51,619 bases of DNA, taken from an uncultured Acetobacteraceae bacterium. GTDB taxonomy: Bacteria; Pseudomonadota; Alphaproteobacteria; Acetobacterales; Acetobacteraceae. The stretch lies in contig CAXUJE010000001.1 of assembly GCA_964251035.1 (NCBI GenBank), positions 1-51,619 on the forward strand. Reading direction: 5' to 3'. Both the position numbers and the translations under genes were made by a program. The notes beneath the pieces were generated by a model. That model was given only the letters and a program-made list of their open reading frames with translations. It ran no database searches and had not been told where the DNA came from. Below, piece after piece: positions 1 to 15,061 of this stretch; within the stretch, counting starts at the first letter, position 1, and each line of letters opens with the position of its first letter.

Positions 1-4
1 TTCC

Positions 5-5496
<5,492 letters not shown>

Positions 5497-5499
5497 TCC

Positions 5500-7248
5500 A
5501 TGCACCACACCCACCCCCTCCCGTTCGGCGCGACGCTGCTTCCGGACGGCCGAACCCGCTTCCGGCTGTGGGCGCCGTCGAGCAAGGCGGTCTCCCTCGA
5601 CATCGACGGGCAGGCCCCGCAGCCGATGCGGGCCTCGGAAGGGGGCTGGCACGAGGCGACGCCTACGGCGCCGCCGGGCACGCGATACCGGTATCGCTTG
5701 GCAGACGGCCTGGCCGTCCCGGACCCGGCGTCCCGGCTGCAGGCGCCGGACGTGCACGACCCGAGCGTCGTCGTCGATCCCAACAGCTACGATTGGCGCA
5801 ACACCGGCTGGCAGGGCCGGCCCTGGCATGAGGCAGTGGTATACGAGGCGCATGCCGGTGCCATGGGGGGCTTCTCCGGCATCCGGCAGCGCCTGCCGGA
5901 GCTGCAAAAGCTCGGCGTCACCGCCATCGAGATCATGCCGATCGCCGACTTCCCGGGCGGCCGCAACTGGGGCTACGACGGCGTGCTCCCCTTCGCGCCG
6001 GACACCGCCTACGGGACCCCGGCCGAGCTGAAGGCGCTGATCGACGACGCGCACGGCCTTGGGCTAATGGTGATGCTCGACGTGGTGTACAACCATTTCG
6101 GGCCCGACGGCGCTTACCTGCACGCCTACGCGAAGCCGTTCTTCCGCGAGGACATCAGCACGCCCTGGGGTGCGGCCATCGACTTCCGGCGGCCGGAGGT
6201 CTGCGACTACTTCACCCAGAACGCGCTGTATTGGCTGATGGAGTATCGGTTCGACGGCCTGCGCTTCGACGCGGTGCACGCCATCTCCGAGGAAAGCTTC
6301 CTGCGCGACCTCGCCCACACGATCCGGGCAACAGTCGAGCCAGGCCGGCAGGTGCACCTGGTGTTGGAGCACGAGAACAACCGCGCGGCCCTGCTGCGCG
6401 CCAGTCCCAAGGCGGAGGGCTTCGACGCGCAATGGGCAGATGACTTCCACCACTGCATGCACGTCCTGCTGACCGGGGAAAGCGAAGGCTACTACGAGGA
6501 TTTCCAGGACGCGACCTCGCTCCTGGCGGACTGCCTGGCCAACGGCTTCGCCTACCAGGGCCAGATTTCCCCGCATCTTGGACGTCCGCGCGGCGAGCCG
6601 AGCGGGCACCTGCCGACGACGGCCTTCGTCGTGTGCCTGCAGAACCATGACCAGATCGGCAACCGCGCGATGGGTGACCGGCTGACGACCTTGGCCGACC
6701 CGCAGGCCCTGCGCTCCGCCACCGCGCTGCTGCTGTTGTGCCCGTTCGTGCCCATGCTGTTCATGGGCGAGGAGTACGCCGCCCGCAACCCGTTCCTGTT
6801 CTTCACCAGCCACAACGATGACCTCGCCAAGCTGGTGCGGGAAGGGCGGCGCGCCGAGTTCAAGCATTTCGCGGCCTTCCAGGACGAGGCGCGGCGCGCG
6901 GCGATCCCAGACCCCAACGCGCCCTCGACCTTCGACGCCTCGGTGGCCGACAAGGCCGATCCCGCCATGTTCGCCTTCGTGCAGGAGCTGCTCGCGCTGC
7001 GGCACAAGCATGTCGTGCCAGGAATCCCAGGCTGCCGCAGCCTGAAGGTGGAGGTGCTGGGCACAGGCGCCGTGCAGGCCGAATGGCGGCTGGGAACCGG
7101 CCAGCGCCTGGCGATCACCCTGAACCTTGGATACGAAGCGGCGTCGTCCGGGGTGCCGGCGGCCGGCGCCGTGTTCGCCCATCCGCCCGGCACGGAACCC
7201 GCCGCGATGCCGCCCGGCAGCATCGTCGTGCAGGTCACGTCGGGATGA
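5500..7248 (+). CDS. treZ: Malto-oligosyltrehalose trehalohydrolase
   Basis: FRLWAP, VPDPASRLQ, NWGYDGVLPFAP, DVVYNHFGPDG, GLRFDAVHAI, QNHDQIGNRA, PMLFMGEE. Confidence 0.95.
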   Translation: MHHTHPLPFGATLLPDGRTRFRLWAPSSKAVSLDIDGQAPQPMRASEGGWHEATPTAPPGTRYRYRLADGLAVPDPASRLQAPDVHDPSVVVDPNSYDWRNTGWQGRPWHEAVVYEAHAGAMGGFSGIRQRLPELQKLGVTAIEIMPIADFPGGRNWGYDGVLPFAPDTAYGTPAELKALIDDAHGLGLMVMLDVVYNHFGPDGAYLHAYAKPFFREDISTPWGAAIDFRRPEVCDYFTQNALYWLMEYRFDGLRFDAVHAISEESFLRDLAHTIRATVEPGRQVHLVLEHENNRAALLRASPKAEGFDAQWADDFHHCMHVLLTGESEGYYEDFQDATSLLADCLANGFAYQGQISPHLGRPRGEPSGHLPTTAFVVCLQNHDQIGNRAMGDRLTTLADPQALRSATALLLLCPFVPMLFMGEEYAARNPFLFFTSHNDDLAKLVREGRRAEFKHFAAFQDEARRAAIPDPNAPSTFDASVADKADPAMFAFVQELLALRHKHVVPGIPGCRSLKVEVLGTGAVQAEWRLGTGQRLAITLNLGYEAASSGVPAAGAVFAHPPGTEPAAMPPGSIVVQVTSG

Positions 7249-9254
7249 GCGACGACCCGCTGCTCCGCCTTGCCGAGCACGCCGGCGTCGCGCCGCGCTG
7301 GAAGGACGTGCATGGCGACTGGCACGACGTCGCGCCGCAGACGCTGCACGCCGTGCTCGCGGCGCTCGGCTTGCCGTCCGAAACGGCATCCGACCTGGAG
7401 GCAAGCCTCGCTGCCGTCGATAAAGGCTCCTCGACCCTGCCGCCCCTGGTGACGGCAGAGGCCGGGCAGCCCGTCGCGCTTACCGTGGCACCGGCCCCTT
7501 TCCGACTGGTTCTGGAGGACGGGACGTTGCGCGAGGGCGCGGCCGAGGACCACGGCGGCGCCGTGCTGCCGGCAGTCGACGCGCCCGGGTATCACCGGCT
7601 GACCCTGGGCGCACAGGAAACGGTGCTGGCGGTGGCGCCGCGACGCTGTTTCGGCATCGAGGACGCGGCCCCAGGTGCCCGGCCTTGGGTCTTGGCGGCG
7701 CAGCTTTATGCGCTGCGCCGTCCTGGGGACGCCGGCCTTGGAGACTTCGGCGCGCTGCAGGATCTGATCGGCCCCGCCGCCGCGCATGGGGCCGCCGGTG
7801 TCGCCATCAGTCCGGTCCATGCGCAGTTCTCCGCCGATCCCGACCGCTTCAGCCCCTATTCGCCGTCCAGCCGCATGCTGCTGAACGTGCTGCACACAAG
7901 GCTCGACGTGCCGCCGGACGCCGAGACCCGGCGGCTTGAGACGGCCGACTTCGTCGATTGGCCCGTTGCCGCGCGCAAGCGCCTTGCCGCCCTTCGCGCC
8001 CTGTTCGATGCGGCCTCCCCCGCAACCCTGGCCGAGTTGGCGGCCTACCGCGCCCAGCAAGGCGACACGCTGGAAACCCATGCCAGGTTCGAGGCGCTGC
8101 ACGCCCACCATTTCCACGCCGACCCGGCCCGTTGGCACTGGCGGGACTGGCCCGAGCAATACCGCAAGCCCGACAACCCGGCCGTCGCCGAGTTTGCCGC
8201 CGCCCATGCGACAGAGGTCGCTTTCCATGCCTTCATGCAGTGGCAAGCCAACCTCAGCATGGCGGCGGCGCAGCAGACTGCGCGCGACGCCGGCATGCCG
8301 ATCGGCCTGGTGGCCGACCTCGCGGTTGGCGCCGATTCCGGCGGCAGCCATTGCTGGAGCCGGCAGGCGGAAACCCTGCTCGGCCTTTCGGTCGGGGCGC
8401 CGCCGGACCTGCTCAGCCCCCAGGGCCAGAGTTGGGGCCTGGCGGCGTTCTCGCCACGCGGCCTCGTGTTGAACGGGTTCGGCGCCTACCTGGAAATGCT
8501 GCGCAGCACGATGCGGCACGCCGGCGGGGTCCGCATCGACCATGCGCTGGGCCTCGCCCGGCTTTGGGTGGTGCCGGACGGCGGCTCGGCGGCGGACGGC
8601 GCCTACATCTCGTTCCCCATCGACGACATGCTGCGGCTGATCGCGCTTGAGTCGCACCGTCATCGCGCCATCGTGCTGGCCGAAGACCTCGGCACCATCC
8701 CGGACGGGTTCCAGGACCGGCTTGAGAAGGCGGGCATGCTCGGCATGCGCGTCCTGTGGTTCGAAAAGCACCATGACCGGTTCACCTCGCCGCGTATCTG
8801 GACCAAAGGCGCCACGGCGATGACCAGCACGCATGACCTGCCGACCGTGGCGGGCTGGTGGGCCGGGCACGACCTGAATGTGCGGGGCCAGCTCGGGCTG
8901 CTGGGCGACGAGGCGAACCAGCAGCACGAGCAGCACCTGCGCGCGCGCGACCGTGCGGCGCTGTGGGACACCATGCTCGACAGCGGCGCGGCGGAGGCGG
9001 ACCTGCCGGCTCCGGACCAGTCGGACCGGATCGCCGACGCCGCCGCGCGCCATATCGGCGGCGCTGCCTGCGGCCTGGCGGTGCTGCCGCTTGAGGATGC
9101 CCTCGCTTTGACCGAGCAGCCGAACCTGCCGGGCACGCTCGACGAGCACCCGAACTGGCGCCGCCGCCTTCCCGGCCCGGCGAGCGCCTTGCTTGACACC
9201 CCCGCGGTGACCACCCGGCTTGCCGGGCTTGCCGATGCCAGAAAGCCCAAATGA
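7245..9254 (+). CDS. malQ: 4-alpha-glucanotransferase (amylomaltase, GH77)
   Basis: GLGDFGAL, SPYSPSSR, ADLAVGAD, VGAPPDLL, RIDHALGLARLW, AEDLGT, THDLPT, QPNLPGT. Start set at ATG 7245 (ATGA overlap with the treZ stop) rather than the ORF-track start at 7083. Confidence 0.95.
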   Translation: MSDDPLLRLAEHAGVAPRWKDVHGDWHDVAPQTLHAVLAALGLPSETASDLEASLAAVDKGSSTLPPLVTAEAGQPVALTVAPAPFRLVLEDGTLREGAAEDHGGAVLPAVDAPGYHRLTLGAQETVLAVAPRRCFGIEDAAPGARPWVLAAQLYALRRPGDAGLGDFGALQDLIGPAAAHGAAGVAISPVHAQFSADPDRFSPYSPSSRMLLNVLHTRLDVPPDAETRRLETADFVDWPVAARKRLAALRALFDAASPATLAELAAYRAQQGDTLETHARFEALHAHHFHADPARWHWRDWPEQYRKPDNPAVAEFAAAHATEVAFHAFMQWQANLSMAAAQQTARDAGMPIGLVADLAVGADSGGSHCWSRQAETLLGLSVGAPPDLLSPQGQSWGLAAFSPRGLVLNGFGAYLEMLRSTMRHAGGVRIDHALGLARLWVVPDGGSAADGAYISFPIDDMLRLIALESHRHRAIVLAEDLGTIPDGFQDRLEKAGMLGMRVLWFEKHHDRFTSPRIWTKGATAMTSTHDLPTVAGWWAGHDLNVRGQLGLLGDEANQQHEQHLRARDRAALWDTMLDSGAAEADLPAPDQSDRIADAAARHIGGAACGLAVLPLEDALALTEQPNLPGTLDEHPNWRRRLPGPASALLDTPAVTTRLAGLADARKPK

Positions 9255-12025
9255 AGCCCCTTTCCGCCACCGCCCGCCTGCAATTCCACCGCGACTTCAC
9301 CCTGGATCACGCGACGGCCCTGGTGCCGTACTATGCCCGGCTGGGCATCAGCCACCTGTATGCGTCCCCGCTGCTGACGGCGCGCGCCGGATCGACCCAT
9401 GGCTACGACATCGTGGACCACAACACGATCAACCCGGAGCTGGGCGGGGAGGAGGCGCTGCGCCGGCTCGTATCGGCGCTGCGCGCGCAGGGGATGGGGC
9501 TGATCCTCGACATCGTGCCGAACCACATGGGCGTCGGCGGCAACGACAATGCCTGGTGGCTCGACGTGCTGGAATGGGGCCGCGCCAGTCCCTACGCGGA
9601 CTACTTCGACATCGACTGGGACCCGCCCGACCCGTCGCTGCGCGGCCGCATGCTGGCGCCGTTCCTCGGCAGTTCCTATGGCGAATGCCTGGAGCGCGGG
9701 GAACTGGTGCTGCGCTTCGACGACCGCGACGGCCGCCTGTTCGTCGGCTATTACGACCATCGCTTCCCGGTCAGTCCGCGCGATTACGCCGCCGTCCTGC
9801 TGACCGAGGGCGGCCCGCTGGAACCGGTTGCGCGGGCGTTTGCCGACCTCGGCACTGGCGGCCGGGAGGCCACCCGGAAGCAGGCCGAAGCCGCCCGGCA
9901 CGAGTTGTTGGAGCCGGTGTACCGCGCGGGGATTGAGGAATGCCTGCGGTCCTATACGATTGACACACCCAGTGGGCTGGACCGCCTGCACCGCCTGTTG
10001 GAACGCCAGCACTACCGCTTGGCCTGGTGGCGGGCGGCGGCCGACGAGATCAACTGGCGCCGGTTCTTCGACGTGAACGGCCTGGCGGGCGTACGGGTCG
10101 AGCAGCCGGAGGTGTTCGAGGCTACGCACCGCACCGTGTTCCGCCTGTATGCCGAGGGCCTGATCGACGGCGTGCGCATCGACCACGTCGATGGCCTGGC
10201 CAGCCCGCGCGATTATTGCCGCAAGCTGCGCCGCCGTTTGCAGACCGTTGCCCTTTCCCGCCCGGCCGAGCTTCGGGACGAGCCTGTCGTGCTGTGGATC
10301 GAGAAGATCCTGGCACCGCACGAACGCCTGGCGAGCGATTGGCTGACCGACGGCACGACCGGCTACGATTTCATGAACGATGCCGCCGCGGTCCTGCACG
10401 ATCCCCAGGGCGAGGAGCCGCTCACGACGCTGTGGACCGGCCTGACCGGGCGGCCCGGCGCGTTCGATCACGAGGCGATGCCCGCACGCCGCCAGATCCT
10501 GCGGGAAAACCTGAGCAGCGAGTTGTTCGTCACCGCGTCGGCGCTGCACCGGGTGGCCCGGCGCAACCTGACGACCCGGGACTACACCCTGACCGCCATC
10601 CGCAACACGCTGACGGAACTGCTGGTGCACTTCCACGTGTATCGCATCTACGCCGGCCCGGGCGGCATCACGCCCACGGACCAGCGTGTCATGGACTGGG
10701 CCATGGCCGGGGCGCGCCGCACGGTGCGCGTCGCCGACCGGCCCTTGCTGGAACTGGTGGGCGAGTGGCTGTCCGGCGCCGGCCTGCGCAACGTGCCCGC
10801 AGGCACGCAGCGGCAGGAACGGCTCCGAGCAATGGTGAAGTTCCAGCAGCTCTCGGCGCCGACCGCGGCGAAGTCGGTGGAGGACACGGCGTTCTACCGC
10901 TACGGCCGCCTGCTGTCCCGCAACGAGGTGGGCAGCGAGCCGTCGCAGTGGTGCCTCAGCCCCGCGGCGTTCCATGCGGCCAACAAGGACCGGCAGAAGC
11001 GCGTCCCGCTTGCCCTGCTGGCCACGGCCACGCATGACCACAAGCGCGGCGAGGACACCCGCGCCCGGCTTGCCGTGTTCAGTGAAGTCCCGGTCGAATG
11101 GGAGGCAGCACTGCAACGCTGGACGCGGCTCAACGCCCCCCTCAAGCGCGACCTCGACGGCCCGGCGCCGGATGCCGCCGACGAGATCATGCTTTACCAG
11201 ACCTTGATTGCCGCCTGGCCGCTCGACCTGGCCCCGGACGACACCGAAGGGTTGGCCAAGTTCGAGGACCGGGTGGCTGGCTGGCAGGAAAAGGCGCTGC
11301 GCGAGGCGAAGCGCCGTACGAGTTGGACCGTGCCGGACACCGATTACGAGGGGGCATGCCGCACTTTCCTGGCGGGCCTGCTCGACGCTGGGCGCAGCGT
11401 GAACATGGCCGGGGAACTCGCAAGTTTTGCCGCCCGCCTCGCGCCCTGGGGTGCGATCAACAGCCTGACGCAGACGCTGCTGCGGCTGACCAGCCCAGGC
11501 ATCCCGGACCTGTATCAAGGGACCGAGTTCTGGGATTTCAGCCTGGTCGATCCCGACAACCGGCGTCCGGTCGATTTCGCGGCGCGGCAGGCAGCCCTGG
11601 AAGCGGCGGAGGGTCCGGCTTCGCTGCTGTCGTCCTGGCGTGACGGCCGGGTGAAGCAGGCCGTCATTGCCCGCACGCTCGCGTTGCGCGCCCGCTCGCC
11701 AGGCCTGTTCACGGAGGGCAGCTACGTCCCGCTTCGCTTGGACGGGCCGTTCGCCGACCATGCCCTGGCGTTCGCACGCGTGCATGAGGGCCGTTCGGCC
11801 ATCGTGATTGGCACCCGGCTGTCGATGGCCGTCGACCCATCGGCCGACAAGCCGCTCGTGGATGCTGGCAATTGGCGGGAAACTGCTGTTTTATTGCCGC
11901 GAAGCCTGGTTGACCGGAAGCTTGTGCATATTTTAGACGGAGAGGTGGAAACCATGAGCACAACGCGCCTGTCTCTGGCCGGGACTTTAAGTCGGCTGCC
12001 AGTTGCTTTGATGGAGCTGAGGTGA
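9251..12025 (+). CDS. treY: Malto-oligosyltrehalose synthase
   Basis: ATARLQFH, SHLYASP, GSTHGYD, DIVPNHM, INWRRFFDVN, RIDHVDGL, WIEKIL, ATHDHKRGED, SLVDPDNRRPVD; ATGA overlap with malQ. Confidence 0.96.
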   Translation: MKPLSATARLQFHRDFTLDHATALVPYYARLGISHLYASPLLTARAGSTHGYDIVDHNTINPELGGEEALRRLVSALRAQGMGLILDIVPNHMGVGGNDNAWWLDVLEWGRASPYADYFDIDWDPPDPSLRGRMLAPFLGSSYGECLERGELVLRFDDRDGRLFVGYYDHRFPVSPRDYAAVLLTEGGPLEPVARAFADLGTGGREATRKQAEAARHELLEPVYRAGIEECLRSYTIDTPSGLDRLHRLLERQHYRLAWWRAAADEINWRRFFDVNGLAGVRVEQPEVFEATHRTVFRLYAEGLIDGVRIDHVDGLASPRDYCRKLRRRLQTVALSRPAELRDEPVVLWIEKILAPHERLASDWLTDGTTGYDFMNDAAAVLHDPQGEEPLTTLWTGLTGRPGAFDHEAMPARRQILRENLSSELFVTASALHRVARRNLTTRDYTLTAIRNTLTELLVHFHVYRIYAGPGGITPTDQRVMDWAMAGARRTVRVADRPLLELVGEWLSGAGLRNVPAGTQRQERLRAMVKFQQLSAPTAAKSVEDTAFYRYGRLLSRNEVGSEPSQWCLSPAAFHAANKDRQKRVPLALLATATHDHKRGEDTRARLAVFSEVPVEWEAALQRWTRLNAPLKRDLDGPAPDAADEIMLYQTLIAAWPLDLAPDDTEGLAKFEDRVAGWQEKALREAKRRTSWTVPDTDYEGACRTFLAGLLDAGRSVNMAGELASFAARLAPWGAINSLTQTLLRLTSPGIPDLYQGTEFWDFSLVDPDNRRPVDFAARQAALEAAEGPASLLSSWRDGRVKQAVIARTLALRARSPGLFTEGSYVPLRLDGPFADHALAFARVHEGRSAIVIGTRLSMAVDPSADKPLVDAGNWRETAVLLPRSLVDRKLVHILDGEVETMSTTRLSLAGTLSRLPVALMELR

Positions 12026-13554
12026 ACCGCCTCGTTGTCGTCAGCAACCGTGTCCCCGCGCCGGCGGCAGCGGGCGCGCAGGCCGGCGGCCTTGCCGTTG
12101 CGCTCGAAGCGTTGATGGAGCGGCGAGGCGGCGTGTGGTTCGGCTGGAGCGGCAACATCTCGGACGCTCCCGGGCCGGTTCGTCTGGCGGAATCGGGCCG
12201 CGTCAAATATGCGACCGTTGACCTCACGGCCGAGGAGCACGAGCGCTACTACAACGAGTTCTCCAACAGCACGCTCTGGCCGTTGCTGCACTCGATGCCG
12301 GAACTTATGACGTTCGACCGGCGCAACGCGCAGATTTACCGCCAGGTGAACGAGCGGCTGGCGGAGGCGCTGCAGCCCATGCTGCGGGCAGACGACCTCA
12401 TCTGGATCCATGACTATCACTTGATGGGAATGCCCCAGGCCCTGCGCTCAAGAGGGGTACGGGCGCCCATCGGATTTTTCCTGCATATCCCGTTCCCGTC
12501 CGCCGACATGCTGGCCAGCGTGCCGGAGGCTGGCGCCCTGCTCCGCGACCTGCTCGCGGCAGACCTGCTCGGCTTCCAGACTGCAAACGACGTCGAGAAC
12601 TTCGCCGAGGTCGCCTGCCGCATCGGCGACGCGCTGCGGATGCCAAACGGCTGGCTGAACGTTGGTGGCCGCCGGGTTCGCCTGGGTGTGTTCCCGGTCG
12701 AGATTGAGGCGCACGACTTCGCTGCGATTGCCGAAGACGCCTGGCGCGCGGCGCCAACGGAACGGCTGCGCCGGAGCCTGGGCGGCCAGCGGCTGGTGCT
12801 CGGGGTTGACCGCATGGACCCGACGAAGGGGCTGCTGCAGCGGGTCGCCGGGTATCGGCGCTTGCTGGAAACCCGGCCTGAGTTGCGGCGCCGCGTGACA
12901 TTCCTGCAAATCGCTGCGGAGTCCCGCAAAGACGTGATCGCCTACCGGGACCTGCGCAGCGCGATCGAGCGGGAAGCCGGCAGCGTCAACAGCGAGTTCA
13001 GCGAACCCGACTGGATGCCGCTCCGCCTCGTGGCCCGCGCCGGCGCCCGCAGCACCGTCGCCGGCTACATGCGAGAAGCGCGGGTCGGCCTGGTGACGCC
13101 TTTGCGGGACGGGATGAACCTGGTCGCCAAGGAATACATCGCGGCCCAAGACCCGCAGGACCCTGGCGTGCTGATCCTGTCCCGCTTCGCGGGCGCTGCG
13201 AGGCAGCTTGGCTCGGCGCTGATCGTCAATCCGCATGACGCCGATGAGGTCGCGGACGCTTTGGACACGGCGTTGAACATGAGCCTCGCCGACCGCCAGG
13301 CGCGTTGGCAGGAAAGCTGGGCGGCGATCCAGGGCGCCTCCGCGCTGGCCTGGGGCCGCTCCTTCGTCGGCGCATTGCTGCGCACCGCCGCCGGACCTTT
13401 CAACAGCGCGCGCGGCGTTCCGTCTGGCAACCCCGGCGAGGGGGGCATTCTGGCGATTGCCGACCCGTTGGGAATGATCGCGCGCCCTATGGGCAGCAGG
13501 GATGTTGACTTGGGCGAAAGCTCATCCGCCTTGCATCCGCGTCGGATGTCGTAA
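12022..13554 (+). CDS. otsA: Trehalose-6-phosphate synthase (GT20)
   Basis: RLVVVSNR, GGLAVAL, WFGWSG, WIHDYHL, FFLHIPFP, GVDRMDPTKG, RDGMNLVAKEY; GTGA overlap with treY. Confidence 0.92.
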   Translation: MNRLVVVSNRVPAPAAAGAQAGGLAVALEALMERRGGVWFGWSGNISDAPGPVRLAESGRVKYATVDLTAEEHERYYNEFSNSTLWPLLHSMPELMTFDRRNAQIYRQVNERLAEALQPMLRADDLIWIHDYHLMGMPQALRSRGVRAPIGFFLHIPFPSADMLASVPEAGALLRDLLAADLLGFQTANDVENFAEVACRIGDALRMPNGWLNVGGRRVRLGVFPVEIEAHDFAAIAEDAWRAAPTERLRRSLGGQRLVLGVDRMDPTKGLLQRVAGYRRLLETRPELRRRVTFLQIAAESRKDVIAYRDLRSAIEREAGSVNSEFSEPDWMPLRLVARAGARSTVAGYMREARVGLVTPLRDGMNLVAKEYIAAQDPQDPGVLILSRFAGAARQLGSALIVNPHDADEVADALDTALNMSLADRQARWQESWAAIQGASALAWGRSFVGALLRTAAGPFNSARGVPSGNPGEGGILAIADPLGMIARPMGSRDVDLGESSSALHPRRMS

Positions 13555-13647
13555 CGTCCTCACAAATTTTCGTGACAAACACGTTAATATGATTTCCATT
13601 TCGGTAAGATATCGTTACAGTGCCTCTCAAGGTCGGGGAGATGCAGC

Positions 13648-13950
13648 ATGTCAGAGCTATTGACGACACCAGCACAGGTGTCAGCGGCGGTTCGGGAACT
13701 TGATGGCCTTGCCAATCTTCTTGGCCTACCGAATCAGGAACGTTGCGGTATCCTGGGCTTGACCGGTTCTGCCTATCGGCTGTGGTATAGCGGTTCCATG
13801 CGGACAGAGATCTTGATCACTGCGGAACTGGTGCGCCGCCTCGGCTACGCATTGCCGCTCATGCGACGCATGGCTGCGCATACGCCAGCCGGCGCCATGG
13901 CGCGCAGCCAGAACCGGCCGCGCGCCATGCAGGACGAAAGCTTGGCCTGA
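13648..13950 (+). CDS. Hypothetical 100-aa protein with an Xre/MbcA/ParS-antitoxin-like N-terminal HTH
   Basis: SD-like GGGGAG 7 nt upstream of the ATG; ORF fills the gap between otsA and adh; LANLLGLPNQERCGILGLTGSAYRLWYSG...ELVRRLGY resembles the Xre-like HTH pattern. Confidence 0.6.
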   Translation: MSELLTTPAQVSAAVRELDGLANLLGLPNQERCGILGLTGSAYRLWYSGSMRTEILITAELVRRLGYALPLMRRMAAHTPAGAMARSQNRPRAMQDESLA

Positions 13951-15009
13951 TCAGGCTGCGGTCAGGACGATTCGGCCGGTCACTGTCCCGTCGCGTAGCC
14001 GGTGCAGGGCGGTGGTCGCGCTGGACTGCGGAACCGAGGTGATGGGCAGCGGCGTGATGCCGCCGTTTTGCGCCAACGCCACAAGCTCCCGCAACTCCTT
14101 CGGATTGCCGACATAGCTCCCTTGGATCGTCAACGCCCGCATCGCCATCAACGGCAACGGTAGCGTCATTTCTCCGCCGAACAGTCCGACCTGGATCAGC
14201 TTGCCGCCTTTCCGCAGGATCTGGAACGCAACCGCCGCCGTCGCCGTGCCGTTCACCAGGTCAATGATCGCCATAACCGGCCCGCCGCAGGCTTCGAGGA
14301 TGCGCTTTGCTGTGCCCGGCGCGCTTGCATCCACCACTGACGTGGCACCTGCTTCTGTCGCCGACTTCAGCTTTTCCGCGCTCAGGTCCACCGCCACGAT
14401 CGTCTTATGTCCCAAGGCTTTTAAGATTTCGATCGCGTTCAAGCCCAGCCCGCCGGCGCCGACCAGCACGATCGGCTCGGTCGGCGGCATCGGTAGCACC
14501 TTGCGCACGGCGGAGTACACCGTGACGCCGGAGCAGGCGTAGGTGGCCGCAACCGCCGGGTCGAGCGTGCCAGGATCGATCAGGTGGCGTGGGTGCGGCG
14601 CCACGAGGTGCGTGCCGTAGCCGCCGTTCTGGTAAACGCCTAGGCTGCGGCTGGCGACCGTGCACATGTTGTCTTCCTCCGCCCGGCAGCGGTCGCATTG
14701 GCCGCAGCCCAGCCAAGGGTACACGATCCGCACGTCGCCCACGGCCACGCCGGCCGCATCCGGGCCGAGCTTCGCGACCCGGCCCACGATTTCATGCCCC
14801 ATCGCCAGCGGCAGCATCACACCGCGGTCCTTAAGCGACATCTGCTTGCCACCGCCTATGTCATAGTAGCCTTCCCAGATGTGCAGGTCGGAGTGGCACA
14901 CCCCGCAATGCGTGACCTCCATCAAAACCTCGGTGCCCTGCGGCTCCGGCGTCGGCAGTTCCAGTTCCTGCAGGTCCGCCCCGTTCTCGACCACCGCCCA
15001 TGCCCGCAT
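13951..15009 (-). CDS. Zinc-dependent alcohol dehydrogenase (MDR family)
   Basis: GVCHSDLH, GHE, CGQCDRC...C structural-zinc motif, GAGGLG; start MRAWAVV at 15009 with GGGAGG SD. Confidence 0.92.
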   Translation of the reverse strand: MRAWAVVENGADLQELELPTPEPQGTEVLMEVTHCGVCHSDLHIWEGYYDIGGGKQMSLKDRGVMLPLAMGHEIVGRVAKLGPDAAGVAVGDVRIVYPWLGCGQCDRCRAEEDNMCTVASRSLGVYQNGGYGTHLVAPHPRHLIDPGTLDPAVAATYACSGVTVYSAVRKVLPMPPTEPIVLVGAGGLGLNAIEILKALGHKTIVAVDLSAEKLKSATEAGATSVVDASAPGTAKRILEACGGPVMAIIDLVNGTATAAVAFQILRKGGKLIQVGLFGGEMTLPLPLMAMRALTIQGSYVGNPKELRELVALAQNGGITPLPITSVPQSSATTALHRLRDGTVTGRIVLTAA

Positions 15010-15061
15010 CGTCGCCTCCCGTTTGCTTATCCGCCCATCGGACCCCCGCGCCGCACGCCGG

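Noticed and set aside
8660-11785. Very long antisense or alternate-frame ORFs (1041 aa here; also 3124-5331, 6552-9149, 27301-29772, 40144-42525)
   Set aside because: Shadow ORFs expected from high GC and codon bias. They lie opposite well-conserved genes, are Arg/Ala/Gly/Pro-rich and carry no recognisable motifs.
13648-13950. Complete RES-Xre toxin-antitoxin module
   Set aside because: No RES-domain or other toxin ORF is adjacent on either side.
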